Shown: in pieces, positions 14,655-24,448 of the stretch | Layout: the number at the start of each line of letters is the position of its first letter | Numbering within the stretch: the first letter of the stretch is position 1 | Translations under genes and position numbers: made by a program | NCBI RefSeq assembly: GCF_024700885.2 | Contig: NZ_CP117016.1 | Strand: one strand, 5' to 3' | DNA length: 64,000 nucleotides | Source of the DNA: Escherichia coli | Lineage (GTDB): Bacteria > Pseudomonadota > Gammaproteobacteria > Enterobacterales > Enterobacteriaceae | Notes under the pieces: generated by a model | What the model was told of the DNA's origin: nothing | The model's input: the letters and a program-made list of their open reading frames with translations, nothing else | Databases searched by the model: none

Positions 14655-15262
14655 TTAGCCTCTCCACTTTGAGCCTGCTGAAACAAGGTGAGATCGCCAA
14701 AGTCCGTGTTAAAGGTCAGCTCACGCTTACGTTTGCTAACGCGGGCGATATCGGTGTTATCCACCAGATGCAGGGCTTTAGTCGGGCACATCCGCACGCA
14801 GGCCGGACCTTGTTCATCAAAACTGCAAAGGTCACATTTGACGGCGATCGCGCGAATACCTGGCACCCAGTCAAGCAATGTGCTGACACGCGCCGGAGCA
14901 GGCGGTGCCGGTGGCGCTTTCGGGGTATTGGCGTTTGCCGGAATATCCAGCGGACGGCTGCCGGAAAATTCAATTGCGCCAAACGGGCAGGCGATGCCGC
15001 ACAGTTTGCAGCTTACGCACAGACTTTCATTCAACTGCACGGCCCCATCAACGCGGGTGATGGCGTTAACCGGGCAAACCACCGCACAGGGCGCATCTTC
15101 ACAGTGGTGACAGAGCTGCGGCGCAGATTCTTTTTCATTGAGCATCACTCGCAGGCGCGGCATTGATTGCAGGCCGTGCTGGCGATGCGTCTCTGAACAG
15201 GCGGCCTCACAGGTGTGGCAGCCGATACAGAGCGTGGAGTCAGCAATTACAAAACGATTCAC
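14651..15262 (-). CDS. hycB: Formate hydrogenlyase 4Fe-4S ferredoxin subunit
   Basis: 203-aa ORF with multiple Cx2Cx2Cx3C motifs. Confidence 0.9.
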   Translation of the reverse strand: MNRFVIADSTLCIGCHTCEAACSETHRQHGLQSMPRLRVMLNEKESAPQLCHHCEDAPCAVVCPVNAITRVDGAVQLNESLCVSCKLCGIACPFGAIEFSGSRPLDIPANANTPKAPPAPPAPARVSTLLDWVPGIRAIAVKCDLCSFDEQGPACVRMCPTKALHLVDNTDIARVSKRKRELTFNTDFGDLTLFQQAQSGEAK

Positions 15263-15386
15263 CAGGCATTCCTCAGGTGATTGTCATTTTTGACGAAAAC
15301 ATGCCGATGAAATGTCATTTTCGACACTCATCGACACGCCCATCCCCAAACAGGCGTAACGCCTGCAAAACGGGCAAAGCCTCAGC

Positions 15387-15848
15387 TCATGCTGCCGGGC
15401 TTTGTCCCTTTACCAGTTGGCTTAAATTCACCGGCACATTGTTTTCAATGGCGGTGTATAAGCTGTCGTAAACGCCAGCGATTTTTTCGAGATAGTGTTC
15501 CAGAACCTGTTCGCGATCGCGGATGTTGACCTTGCCATCAATCATGCCGTCAATGCTCAGTTGCGCCTGCGCAATCCGCTGTTTGTCTTCACCATCTTTT
15601 GTTTCGACGTAATACTCGATGGTGTGGCTGTTAAAGCCATCCGCCAGGGTGACGTAAATGCGAAAATGTTCAAAAAGGACGAAACAGAGTTCTTTGTCCG
15701 GCGCGCAGCTCATGGCGTGATGCAGGCGCGCTTTCGATAACGTGATCCCCTGAACCAGCGAATTGCAGTAGATGTGCCACTGGTCCTGTAGGCGACGATG
15801 CCGCTGTGCGATGTAATCGGCTTTCTCGCTTATTTCCCAAATAGTCAT
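15387..15848 (-). CDS. hycA: Formate hydrogenlyase regulatory protein HycA
   Basis: 153-aa ORF, first gene of the hyc operon, divergent from hypA. Confidence 0.9.
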   Translation of the reverse strand: MTIWEISEKADYIAQRHRRLQDQWHIYCNSLVQGITLSKARLHHAMSCAPDKELCFVLFEHFRIYVTLADGFNSHTIEYYVETKDGEDKQRIAQAQLSIDGMIDGKVNIRDREQVLEHYLEKIAGVYDSLYTAIENNVPVNLSQLVKGQSPAA

Positions 15849-15885
15849 TGTCAGGTTACCCGTTTAACAGAGATGCCAGCTTTAA

Positions 15886-15900
15886 GCATTTTTTGTGCCA
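15886..15900 (-). promoter_or_regulatory. Sigma-54 type -24/-12 promoter element for the hyc operon
   Basis: Minus strand reads TGGCAC-AAAAA-ATGC, matching the GG-N10-GC sigma-54 consensus, upstream of hycA. Confidence 0.55.
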
Positions 15901-15950
15901 ACTTTTAATTTATTGTTATTAAAGCGATTTTTAAGCTAAAGATGAATTTC

Positions 15951-15990
15951 GTCGCCGTGTCGACGTGTCATTTCGACATCATCGACATTA
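15951..15990. promoter_or_regulatory. Candidate FhlA upstream activating sequences between hycA and hypA
   Basis: Clustered TGTCGAC / TTTCGACAT / ATCGACAT repeats between two divergent sigma-54 promoters; assignment to FhlA is inferred from the known regulation of these operons. Confidence 0.4.
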
Positions 15991-16013
15991 TTCACCGCAG
16001 GGATAATCAACAC

Positions 16014-16029
16014 TGGCACAATTATTGCT
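16014..16029 (+). promoter_or_regulatory. Sigma-54 type -24/-12 promoter element for the hyp operon
   Basis: TGGCAC-AATTA-TTGCT, about 30 bp upstream of the hypA start. Confidence 0.6.
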
Positions 16030-16059
16030 TGTAGCTGGCAATAGTTAATGGGAGGCGAT

Positions 16060-16410
16060 ATGCACGAAATAACCCTCTGCCAACGGGCACTGGAATTGAT
16101 CGAACAGCAGGCCGCAAAACACGGCGCAAAACGCGTAACTGGGGTCTGGCTCAAAATTGGCGCATTTTCTTGTGTCGAAACCAGCTCTCTTGCCTTTTGT
16201 TTTGATCTGGTTTGCCGCGGCAGCGTGGCGGAAGGTTGTAAACTGCACCTCGAAGAACAAGAGGCCGAATGCTGGTGTGAAACATGCCAACAGTATGTGA
16301 CGCTACTGACCCAGCGCGTCCGCCGCTGTCCACAGTGTCATGGTGACATGCTACAGATTGTGGCAGACGACGGTTTACAGATTCGGCGGATAGAAATAGA
16401 CCAGGAGTGA
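16060..16410 (+). CDS. hypA: Hydrogenase nickel-insertion protein HypA
   Basis: 116-aa ORF starting MHEITLCQ with CxxC...CxxC zinc motifs. Confidence 0.92.
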   Translation: MHEITLCQRALELIEQQAAKHGAKRVTGVWLKIGAFSCVETSSLAFCFDLVCRGSVAEGCKLHLEEQEAECWCETCQQYVTLLTQRVRRCPQCHGDMLQIVADDGLQIRRIEIDQE

Positions 16411-16413
16411 GCG

Positions 16414-17286
16414 ATGTGTACAACATGCGGTTGCGGTGAAGGCAACCTGTATATCGAGGGTGATGAACATAACCCTCATTCCGCGTTTCGTAGCGCGCCA
16501 TTTGCCCCGGCGGCACGCCCGAAGATGAAAATCACCGGCATTAAAACGCCTGAATTTACCCCCAGCCAGACTGAAGAAGGCGACCTGCATTACGGTCATG
16601 GCGAAGCGGGCACTCACGCGCCGGGCATGAGCCAGCGTCGGATGCTGGAAGTCGAAATTGACGTGCTGGACAAAAATAACCGTCTGGCTGAACGCAACCG
16701 CGCGCGCTTTGCTGCCCGCAAGCAACTGGTGCTCAACCTGGTTTCCAGCCCTGGTTCCGGTAAAACCACCCTGCTGACGGAAACCTTAATGCGCCTGAAA
16801 GACAGCGTTCCGTGCGCGGTTATTGAAGGCGATCAGCAAACCGTGAACGATGCCGCACGCATTCGCGCTACCGGCACACCAGCGATTCAGGTGAATACCG
16901 GTAAAGGCTGCCATCTTGACGCACAGATGATTGCCGACGCCGCACCGCGCCTGCCACTGGACGATAACGGTATTCTGTTTATCGAAAACGTCGGCAACCT
17001 CGTGTGCCCGGCGAGCTTCGATCTCGGTGAAAAACACAAAGTGGCGGTGCTTTCCGTTACCGAAGGTGAAGACAAACCGCTGAAATATCCGCATATGTTT
17101 GCCGCAGCTTCGCTGATGCTGCTCAACAAAGTTGACTTGCTGCCGTATCTCAACTTTGACGTTGAGAAGTGCATCGCCTGCGCCCGCGAAGTCAATCCAG
17201 AAATTGAAATCATCCTTATTTCCGCCACCAGCGGCGAAGGGATGGACCAGTGGCTGAACTGGCTGGAGACACAGCGATGTGCATAG
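16414..17286 (+). CDS. hypB: Hydrogenase nickel-incorporation GTPase HypB
   Basis: 290-aa ORF with N-terminal [10 protein letters not shown] metal-binding motif, His-rich stretch and GSGKTT P-loop. Confidence 0.92.
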   Translation: MCTTCGCGEGNLYIEGDEHNPHSAFRSAPFAPAARPKMKITGIKTPEFTPSQTEEGDLHYGHGEAGTHAPGMSQRRMLEVEIDVLDKNNRLAERNRARFAARKQLVLNLVSSPGSGKTTLLTETLMRLKDSVPCAVIEGDQQTVNDAARIRATGTPAIQVNTGKGCHLDAQMIADAAPRLPLDDNGILFIENVGNLVCPASFDLGEKHKVAVLSVTEGEDKPLKYPHMFAAASLMLLNKVDLLPYLNFDVEKCIACAREVNPEIEIILISATSGEGMDQWLNWLETQRCA

Positions 17287-17549
17287 GCGTTCCCGGGCAG
17301 ATCCGCACCATTGACGGCAACCAGGCGAAAGTCGACGTCTGCGGCATTCAGCGCGACGTCGATTTAACGTTAGTCGGCAGCTGCGATGAAAACGGTCAGC
17401 CACGCGTGGGCCAGTGGGTACTGGTTCACGTTGGCTTTGCCATGAGCGTAATTAATGAAGCCGAAGCGCGCGACACTCTCAACGCCTTACAAAACATGTT
17501 TGACGTTGAGCCGGATGTCGGTGCGCTGTTGTATGGCGAGGAAAAATAA
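17277..17549 (+). CDS. hypC: Hydrogenase maturation chaperone HypC
   Basis: 90-aa ORF starting MCIGVPGQI; start overlaps the hypB stop. Confidence 0.9.
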   Translation: MCIGVPGQIRTIDGNQAKVDVCGIQRDVDLTLVGSCDENGQPRVGQWVLVHVGFAMSVINEAEARDTLNALQNMFDVEPDVGALLYGEEK

Positions 17550-18670
17550 TGCGTTTTGTTGATGAATATCGCGCGCCGGAACAGGTGATGCAGTTAATTG
17601 AGCATCTGCGCGAACGTGCTTCACATCTCTCTTACACCGCCGAACGCCCTCTGCGGATTATGGAAGTGTGCGGTGGTCATACCCACGCCATTTTTAAATT
17701 CGGCCTCGACCAGTTGCTGCCGGAAAACGTTGAGTTTATCCACGGTCCCGGTTGCCCGGTGTGTGTACTGCCGATGGGTAGAATCGACACCTGCGTGGAG
17801 ATTGCCAGCCATCCGGAAGTCATCTTCTGTACCTTTGGCGACGCCATGCGCGTGCCGGGGAAACAGGGATCGCTGTTGCAGGCAAAAGCACGCGGTGCCG
17901 ATGTGCGCATCGTTTACTCGCCGATGGATGCGTTGAAACTGGCGCAGGAGAATCCAACCCGCAAAGTGGTGTTCTTCGGCTTAGGTTTTGAAACCACCAT
18001 GCCGACGACGGCCATCACTCTGCAACAGGCGAAAGCGCGTGATGTGCAGAATTTTTACTTCTTCTGCCAGCATATTACGCTTATCCCGACGCTGCGCAGT
18101 TTGCTGGAAGAGCCGGATAACGGTATCGACGCGTTTCTTGCGCCCGGTCACGTTAGTATGGTTATCGGCACTGATGCCTATAATTTTATCGCCAGCGATT
18201 TTCATCGTCCGCTGGTGGTCGCTGGTTTCGAACCCCTTGATCTACTGCAAGGCGTGGTGATGCTGGTGGAGCAGAAAATAGCGGCCCACAGCAAGGTAGA
18301 GAATCAGTATCGTCGGGTGGTGCCGGATGCCGGTAACCTGCTGGCGCAACAGGCGATTGCCGATGTGTTCTGTGTCAACGGCGACAGCGAATGGCGCGGC
18401 TTAGGCGTGATTGAATCTTCTGGTGTACACCTGACGCCGGATTATCAACGATTCGATGCCGAAGCGCATTTCCGCCCGGCACCGCAGCAGGTCTGCGATG
18501 ACCCGCGCGCACGTTGTGGCGAAGTATTAACGGGCAAATGTAAGCCGCATCAATGCCCGCTGTTTGGTAACACCTGTAATCCTCAAACCGCGTTTGGTGC
18601 GCTGATGGTTTCCTCCGAAGGAGCGTGCGCCGCGTGGTATCAGTATCGTCAGCAGGAGAGTGAAGCGTGA
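17549..18670 (+). CDS. hypD: Hydrogenase maturation protein HypD
   Basis: 373-aa ORF with conserved CGxH and CPVC motifs. Confidence 0.92.
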   Translation: MRFVDEYRAPEQVMQLIEHLRERASHLSYTAERPLRIMEVCGGHTHAIFKFGLDQLLPENVEFIHGPGCPVCVLPMGRIDTCVEIASHPEVIFCTFGDAMRVPGKQGSLLQAKARGADVRIVYSPMDALKLAQENPTRKVVFFGLGFETTMPTTAITLQQAKARDVQNFYFFCQHITLIPTLRSLLEEPDNGIDAFLAPGHVSMVIGTDAYNFIASDFHRPLVVAGFEPLDLLQGVVMLVEQKIAAHSKVENQYRRVVPDAGNLLAQQAIADVFCVNGDSEWRGLGVIESSGVHLTPDYQRFDAEAHFRPAPQQVCDDPRARCGEVLTGKCKPHQCPLFGNTCNPQTAFGALMVSSEGACAAWYQYRQQESEA

Positions 18671-19677
18671 ATAATATCCAACTCGCCCACGGTAGCGGCG
18701 GCCAGGCGATGCAGCAATTAATCAACAGCCTGTTTATGGAAGCCTTTGCCAACCCGTGGCTGGCAGAGCAGGAAGATCAGGCACGTCTTGATCTGGCGCA
18801 GCTGGTAGCGGAAGGCGACCGTCTGGCGTTCTCCACCGACAGTTACGTCATTGACCCGCTGTTCTTTCCTGGCGGTAATATCGGCAAGCTGGCGATTTGC
18901 GGCACAGCCAATGACGTTGCGGTCAGTGGCGCTATTCCGCGCTATCTCTCCTGTGGCTTTATCCTCGAAGAAGGATTGCCGATGGAGACACTGAAAGCCG
19001 TAGTGACCAGCATGGCAGAAACCGCCCGCGCGGCAGGCATTGCCATCGTCACTGGCGATACTAAAGTGGTGCAGCGCGGCGCGGCAGATAAACTGTTTAT
19101 CAACACCGCTGGCATGGGCGCAATTCCGGCGAATATTCACTGGGGAGCACAGACGCTAACCGCAGGCGATGTATTGCTGGTTAGCGGTACACTCGGCGAC
19201 CACGGGGCGACTATCCTTAACCTGCGTGAGCAGCTGGGGCTGGATGGCGAACTGGTCAGCGACTGCGCGGTGCTGACGCCGCTTATTCAGACGCTGCGTG
19301 ACATTCCCGGCGTGAAAGCGCTGCGTGATGCCACCCGTGGTGGTGTGAACGCGGTAGTTCATGAGTTCGCGGCAGCCTGCGGTTGCGGTATTGAAATTTC
19401 AGAAGCGGCACTGCCGGTTAAACCTGCTGTGCGCGGCGTTTGCGAACTGCTGGGACTGGACGCCCTTAACTTTGCCAACGAAGGCAAACTGGTGATCGCC
19501 GTTGAACGCAACGCGGCAGAGCAAGTGCTGGCAGCGTTACATTCCCATCCACTGGGAAAAGACGCGGCGCTGATTGGTGAAGTGGTGGAACGTAAAGGTG
19601 TTCGTCTTGCCGGTCTGTATGGCGTGAAACGAACCCTCGATCTACCGCACGCCGAACCGCTTCCGCGTATATGCTAA
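18667..19677 (+). CDS. hypE: Hydrogenase maturation carbamoyl dehydratase HypE
   Basis: 336-aa ORF, PurM-like fold signatures, C-terminal PRIC. Confidence 0.92.
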   Translation: MNNIQLAHGSGGQAMQQLINSLFMEAFANPWLAEQEDQARLDLAQLVAEGDRLAFSTDSYVIDPLFFPGGNIGKLAICGTANDVAVSGAIPRYLSCGFILEEGLPMETLKAVVTSMAETARAAGIAIVTGDTKVVQRGAADKLFINTAGMGAIPANIHWGAQTLTAGDVLLVSGTLGDHGATILNLREQLGLDGELVSDCAVLTPLIQTLRDIPGVKALRDATRGGVNAVVHEFAAACGCGIEISEAALPVKPAVRGVCELLGLDALNFANEGKLVIAVERNAAEQVLAALHSHPLGKDAALIGEVVERKGVRLAGLYGVKRTLDLPHAEPLPRIC

Positions 19678-19750
19678 TAAAATTCTAAATCTCCTATAGT
19701 TAGTCAATGACCTTTTGCACCGCTTTGCGGTGCTTTCCTGGAAGAACAAA

Positions 19751-21829
19751 ATGTCATATACACCGATGAGTGATCTCGGACAACAAGGGTTGTTCGACAT
19801 CACTCGGACACTATTGCAGCAGCCCGATCTGGCCTCGCTGTGTGAGGCTCTTTCGCAACTGGTAAAGCGTTCTGCGCTCGCCGACAACGCGGCTATTGTG
19901 TTGTGGCAAGCGCAGACTCAACGTGCGTCTTATTACGCATCGCGTGAAAAAGACACCCCCATTAAATATGAAGACGAAACTGTTCTGGCACACGGTCCGG
20001 TACGCAGCATTTTGTCGCGCCCTGATACGCTGCATTGCAGTTACGAAGAATTTTGTGAAACCTGGCCGCAGCTGGCCGCAGGTGGGCTATACCCAAAATT
20101 TGGTCACTATTGCCTGATGCCACTGGCGGCGGAAGGGCATATTTTTGGTGGCTGTGAATTTATTCGTTATGACGATCGCCCCTGGAGCGAAAAAGAGTTC
20201 AATCGTCTGCAAACATTTACGCAGATCGTTTCTGTCGTCACCGAACAAATCCAGAGTCGCGTCGTCAATAATGTTGACTATGAGTTGTTATGCCGGGAGC
20301 GCGATAACTTCCGCATCCTGGTTGCCATTACCAACGCGGTGCTTTCCCGCCTGGATATGGACGAACTGGTCAGCGAAGTCGCCAAAGAAATCCATTACTA
20401 CTTCGACATTGACGATATCAGCATCGTCTTACGCAGCCACCGTAAAAACAAACTCAACATCTACTCCACTCACTATCTTGATAAACAACATCCCGCCCAC
20501 GAACAGAGCGAAGTCGATGAAGCCGGAACCCTCACCGAACGCGTGTTCAAAAGCAAAGAGATGCTGCTGATTAACCTCCACGAGCGGGACGATTTAGCCC
20601 CCTATGAACGCATGTTGTTCGACACCTGGGGCAACCAGATTCAAACCTTGTGCCTGTTACCGCTGATGTCTGGCGACACCATGCTGGGCGTGCTGAAACT
20701 GGCGCAATGCGAAGAGAAAGTATTTACCACTACCAATCTGAGCTTACTGCGCCAGATTGCCGAACGTGTGGCAATCGCTGTCGATAACGCCCTCGCCTAT
20801 CAGGAAATTCATCGTCTGAAAGAACGGCTGGTTGATGAAAACCTCGCCCTGACCGAGCAGCTCAACAATGTTGATAGTGAATTTGGCGAGATTATTGGCC
20901 GCAGCGAAGCCATGTACAGCGTACTTAAACAAGTTGAAATGGTGGCGCAAAGTGACAGTACCGTGCTGATCCTCGGTGAAACTGGCACGGGTAAAGAGCT
21001 GATTGCCCGTGCTATCCATAATCTCAGTGGGCGTAATAATCGCCGCATGGTCAAAATGAACTGCGCGGCAATGCCTGCCGGATTGCTGGAGAGCGATCTG
21101 TTTGGTCATGAGCGTGGGGCTTTTACCGGTGCCAGCGCCCAGCGTATCGGTCGTTTTGAACTGGCGGATAAAAGCTCCCTGTTCCTCGACGAAGTGGGCG
21201 ATATGCCACTGGAGTTACAGCCGAAGTTGCTGCGTGTATTACAGGAACAGGAGTTTGAACGTCTCGGCAGCAACAAAATCATTCAGACGGACGTGCGTCT
21301 AATCGCCGCAACTAACCGCGATCTGAAAAAAATGGTCGCCGACCGTGAGTTCCGTAGCGATCTCTATTACCGCCTGAATGTATTCCCGATCCACCTGCCG
21401 CCACTACGCGAGCGTCCGGAAGATATTCCGCTGCTGGCGAAAGCCTTTACCTTCAAAATTGCCCGTCGTCTGGGGCGCAATATCGACAGCATTCCTGCCG
21501 AGACGCTGCGCACCTTGAGCAACATGGAGTGGCCGGGTAACGTACGCGAACTGGAAAATGTCATTGAGCGCGCGGTATTGCTAACACGCGGCAACGTGCT
21601 GCAGCTGTCATTGCCTGATATTGCTTTACCGGAGCCTGAAACGCCGCCTGCCGCAACGGTTGTCGCCCAGGAGGGCGAAGATGAATATCAGTTGATTGTT
21701 CGCGTGCTGAAAGAAACCAACGGCGTGGTTGCCGGGCCTAAAGGCGCTGCGCAACGTCTGGGGCTGAAACGCACGACCCTGCTGTCACGGATGAAGCGGC
21801 TTGGAATTGATAAATCGGCATTGATTTAA
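19751..21829 (+). CDS. fhlA: Formate hydrogenlyase transcriptional activator (sigma-54 dependent)
   Basis: 692-aa ORF starting MSYTPMSDLGQQ; GAF-type N-terminus, AAA+ sigma-54 interaction domain (GETGTGKE, GAFTGA) and C-terminal HTH. Confidence 0.93.
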   Translation: MSYTPMSDLGQQGLFDITRTLLQQPDLASLCEALSQLVKRSALADNAAIVLWQAQTQRASYYASREKDTPIKYEDETVLAHGPVRSILSRPDTLHCSYEEFCETWPQLAAGGLYPKFGHYCLMPLAAEGHIFGGCEFIRYDDRPWSEKEFNRLQTFTQIVSVVTEQIQSRVVNNVDYELLCRERDNFRILVAITNAVLSRLDMDELVSEVAKEIHYYFDIDDISIVLRSHRKNKLNIYSTHYLDKQHPAHEQSEVDEAGTLTERVFKSKEMLLINLHERDDLAPYERMLFDTWGNQIQTLCLLPLMSGDTMLGVLKLAQCEEKVFTTTNLSLLRQIAERVAIAVDNALAYQEIHRLKERLVDENLALTEQLNNVDSEFGEIIGRSEAMYSVLKQVEMVAQSDSTVLILGETGTGKELIARAIHNLSGRNNRRMVKMNCAAMPAGLLESDLFGHERGAFTGASAQRIGRFELADKSSLFLDEVGDMPLELQPKLLRVLQEQEFERLGSNKIIQTDVRLIAATNRDLKKMVADREFRSDLYYRLNVFPIHLPPLRERPEDIPLLAKAFTFKIARRLGRNIDSIPAETLRTLSNMEWPGNVRELENVIERAVLLTRGNVLQLSLPDIALPEPETPPAATVVAQEGEDEYQLIVRVLKETNGVVAGPKGAAQRLGLKRTTLLSRMKRLGIDKSALI

Positions 21830-21873
21830 CAGATGTGGTTATACTCGATCAACATTCAATGAAAGGAGGCAGT

Positions 21874-22302
21874 ATGGCAGTTTCAGCAAGAAATCAATTA
21901 ACCGGAACAGTTAGCGCAGTAGCAATGGGCGCTGTGAATGATGAAGTAGAACTGACGCTGGCAGGTGGTGCAAAACTGGTGGCAATTGTGACTCACAGCA
22001 GCCAGCAGGCTCTTGGTCTGGCAAAAGGGAAAGAAGCGATTGCCCTGATTAAAGCCCCGTGGGTCACGCTGGCAACGGAAGACTGTGGACTGAAATTCTC
22101 TGCTCGCAACCAGTTTGCTGGCAGCGTGTCGACAATCACCGAAGGCGCAGTGAACGCCACTGTCCATATCATAACGGATGCGGGTTTTGAAATTGTGGCA
22201 GTGGTAACAAATGAAAGTCAGGATGAAATGAAACTCACCACTGGCTCGCGCGTTATTGCATTGATCAAAGCATCAGCCATCCTGATTGCCACCAAAGCGT
22301 AA
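21874..22302 (+). CDS. Molbindin-like protein with two tandem TOBE (Mop) domains
   Basis: 142-aa ORF preceded by AGGAGG; two repeats of SARNQ(L/F)xGxV...ALIKA, the molybdate-binding Mop fold. Confidence 0.7.
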   Translation: MAVSARNQLTGTVSAVAMGAVNDEVELTLAGGAKLVAIVTHSSQQALGLAKGKEAIALIKAPWVTLATEDCGLKFSARNQFAGSVSTITEGAVNATVHIITDAGFEIVAVVTNESQDEMKLTTGSRVIALIKASAILIATKA

Positions 22303-22313
22303 ACGCCTTATTT

Positions 22314-22336
22314 GCCGGAGAGTATGGCTCTCCGGC
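22314..22336. terminator. Hairpin between the convergent molbindin gene and ygbA
   Basis: GCCGGAGAG-TATGG-CTCTCCGGC followed by a T-rich run. Confidence 0.6.
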
Positions 22337-22340
22337 AGAT

Positions 22341-22685
22341 TTATTTCTTTGGACGATATTTTTCTGGCAACTCCGGCACCGGACGCTTGTCATCGATGAG
22401 ATGACGCACGGTTAAGATCGGATGACGCCACAGCATTCTCGGCCCGGCCCAACGCATAATCTGTTTCATCTCTTCACGCTTTGCAGGCTGGTAACAGTGC
22501 ACCGGACACTGCTTACAGGCTGGTTTCTCTTCGCCGAACACACATTTATCCAGCCGCTTTTGCGCGTAGGCAAACAGCGCGTCGTAATGCTCCGGCTCCG
22601 CTGACGCCTGCGGGCATTTCGCTTGATAAAGATCGATCATTTTTTTAATCGTCAGTTTTTCACGAGAGATACGCTTGCCGGACAT
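22341..22685 (-). CDS. ygbA: Cysteine-rich small protein YgbA
   Basis: 114-aa ORF with several Cys pairs, in the conserved position between fhlA and mutS. Confidence 0.85.
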   Translation of the reverse strand: MSGKRISREKLTIKKMIDLYQAKCPQASAEPEHYDALFAYAQKRLDKCVFGEEKPACKQCPVHCYQPAKREEMKQIMRWAGPRMLWRHPILTVRHLIDDKRPVPELPEKYRPKK

Positions 22686-22971
22686 GCTGCCTCCACCTCA
22701 TTAAGATGCATTTATATTACAACTTAATCTTAAAGGGCACTATGACTCTAAAGAAGAAGGGTTCGCCAACTGATACAATTTTGCGTACTTGCTTCATAAG
22801 CATCACGCAAAAGCTGCAAAACAGCATCTTTCCCGGAATCACCATCAAGAACTCGCCGTTCGCTTCTTCCCCTGAAATGATTAACTCCGGTATCATGTGC
22901 GCCTTATGTGATTACAACGAAAATAAAAACCATCACACCTCATTTAATATCAGGGAACCGGACATAACCCC

Positions 22972-23021
22972 ATGAGTGCAATAGAAAATTTCGATGCCCA
23001 TACGCCCATGATGCAGCAGTA
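22972..23021 (+). pseudogene. mutS: Orphaned original 5' end of mutS (first 17 codons, [17 protein letters not shown]) displaced by the island
   Basis: Sequence encodes the native MutS N-terminus as I recall it and then diverges abruptly into AT-rich island DNA; the frame ends after 17 further island codons. Confidence 0.8.
22999..23021. repeat. Left copy of the imperfect direct repeat flanking the island (attL candidate)
   Basis: CATACGCCCATGATGCAGCAGTA; 19 of 23 positions match the right copy at 40836-40858, with an identical ATGATGCAGCA core. Confidence 0.65.
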
Positions 23022-23079
23022 CCATTTTTCTATGGTTAACCTGTTGAAATTTAGCAATAAAGTGTTTGGTAAGTAGACT

Positions 23080-23100
23080 CTGGTTTACTGATGGTATACA
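23080..23100. repeat. Tandem CTGGTTTAC / TGGTATACA motifs at the island left end (candidate integrase arm-type sites)
   Basis: The same TGGTATAC/TATACCAG motif recurs three times next to the integrase gene at the right end. Confidence 0.4.
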
Positions 23101-23365
23101 TAACATATAGTTATGTTAGCCAAGAACTCGAACTTAATGTGCCTAACTACAGAATGAAAAGTAACGTTGCGATACCGAAAAAATTTGGTGGCGTAAGGAA
23201 GGAATTGAAGTTCATTCATCTCCGTGAATATCTAAATCAATTTAATAACCAATTAAATAATTAGCTGGCTACAAATAACATTGATCTAATTCAATAATTT
23301 AGGATTATGTATTGGAGCTATTGAAAAAGTTGTGTTATAAAGGAAAAAAATCAAGGGAGATTAAA

Positions 23366-23635
23366 ATGTCTATCGATATCAATAAGTTAAAATCAAAATT
23401 AATTGAAGATTATAAATTCGCTGACGAGATTAGCGATGATGAAATCAATATAGTTTTAAGTGAAATACACAAAAAGGGTGCCTCAACACCAAAAGAAGTA
23501 GACGAAATTGTCTATACGGTATTAGAGGGTAAAAGGCATTATGCTTTCGAAAGTCTGGATACATCCAATACTACATCCCTTGCATTACAGTTAATTCAGG
23601 CGGCAAAGGTATATGCTCAAACACAAGGAAGATGA
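23366..23635 (+). CDS. Hypothetical small acidic protein
   Basis: 89-aa ORF from an ATG preceded by GGGAG; AT-rich island DNA; no recognisable motif. Confidence 0.45.
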   Translation: MSIDINKLKSKLIEDYKFADEISDDEINIVLSEIHKKGASTPKEVDEIVYTVLEGKRHYAFESLDTSNTTSLALQLIQAAKVYAQTQGR

Positions 23636-24401
23636 AAGCATTCACATAGAGAGTAAAAAAAAACTTGATATGGAATTGCAGTTTTTAATAGATGAGATGC
23701 AAGCTGGGAAGGATAAAAACACTATTCTTCCACTGTTGAATAAACTGCAATTACAGTTTTCGATCTATGTTACTGATTTTGAAAATTTCATCGTTCGAGT
23801 TTCAGAAAATGGGTATTATCGTTCAAAAGGTGAAATAAAAGATGTTTTAATTAGCGTAGAAAATTTTTTAAATTCAAATGCAGTTGTTGCAGAAGCAATA
23901 AATACAGTTTCAAGCATATTCAATTTACCCCAATGTTATCAAGAAGGAAATTTCATAACAACTGCTCAAATAATATTAAGAACACATCAGAAAGAAAAAG
24001 CCGAGGAATTATCTCAAATTTATAAGGATAAAGGATTATCAACAAATGGCTTTGATAGTAAAGAAAAAATTTATTTGAACAGACACGGGTTTGATATGAC
24101 CAGATTTATTTCGTTTATATTAGGATTAATTTGTATACTTTATTTTTTATATGAATACAATATAGGCAATATAAACAATGGTATAAGTTGGTTTAATTAT
24201 AGATTGTTTGTTCCAACTGGATTAGGAGCAATAATATTTTCACTATTTCCGACAACCATGCAATTAAAATTTAGAGCAGGAGTGACAGCCACTGGAATTG
24301 TCGCATTTATTATATTTTTTTATACTGTCAATCCAGCAAAAGTTCCTGATTTTCAACTTCATAATATTGATAGCAATCAATCATCAGAAAAAAACAACTG
24401 A
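23613..24401 (+). CDS. Hypothetical protein, soluble N-terminal domain with C-terminal transmembrane helices
   Basis: 262-aa ORF overlapping the upstream ORF by 23 nt; three hydrophobic helices in the last 90 residues. Confidence 0.5.
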   Translation: MLKHKEDESIHIESKKKLDMELQFLIDEMQAGKDKNTILPLLNKLQLQFSIYVTDFENFIVRVSENGYYRSKGEIKDVLISVENFLNSNAVVAEAINTVSSIFNLPQCYQEGNFITTAQIILRTHQKEKAEELSQIYKDKGLSTNGFDSKEKIYLNRHGFDMTRFISFILGLICILYFLYEYNIGNINNGISWFNYRLFVPTGLGAIIFSLFPTTMQLKFRAGVTATGIVAFIIFFYTVNPAKVPDFQLHNIDSNQSSEKNN

Positions 24402-24448
24402 TATCCAAGCGGATATCAGTTTAGATCTTAAAAGGAAAAAAATCCAAA

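Noticed and set aside
22706-22975. 89-aa plus-strand ORF spanning the ygbA-mutS intergenic region
   Set aside because: It lies in the native mutS promoter region, has no convincing RBS and ends inside the orphan mutS start; more likely a chance ORF.
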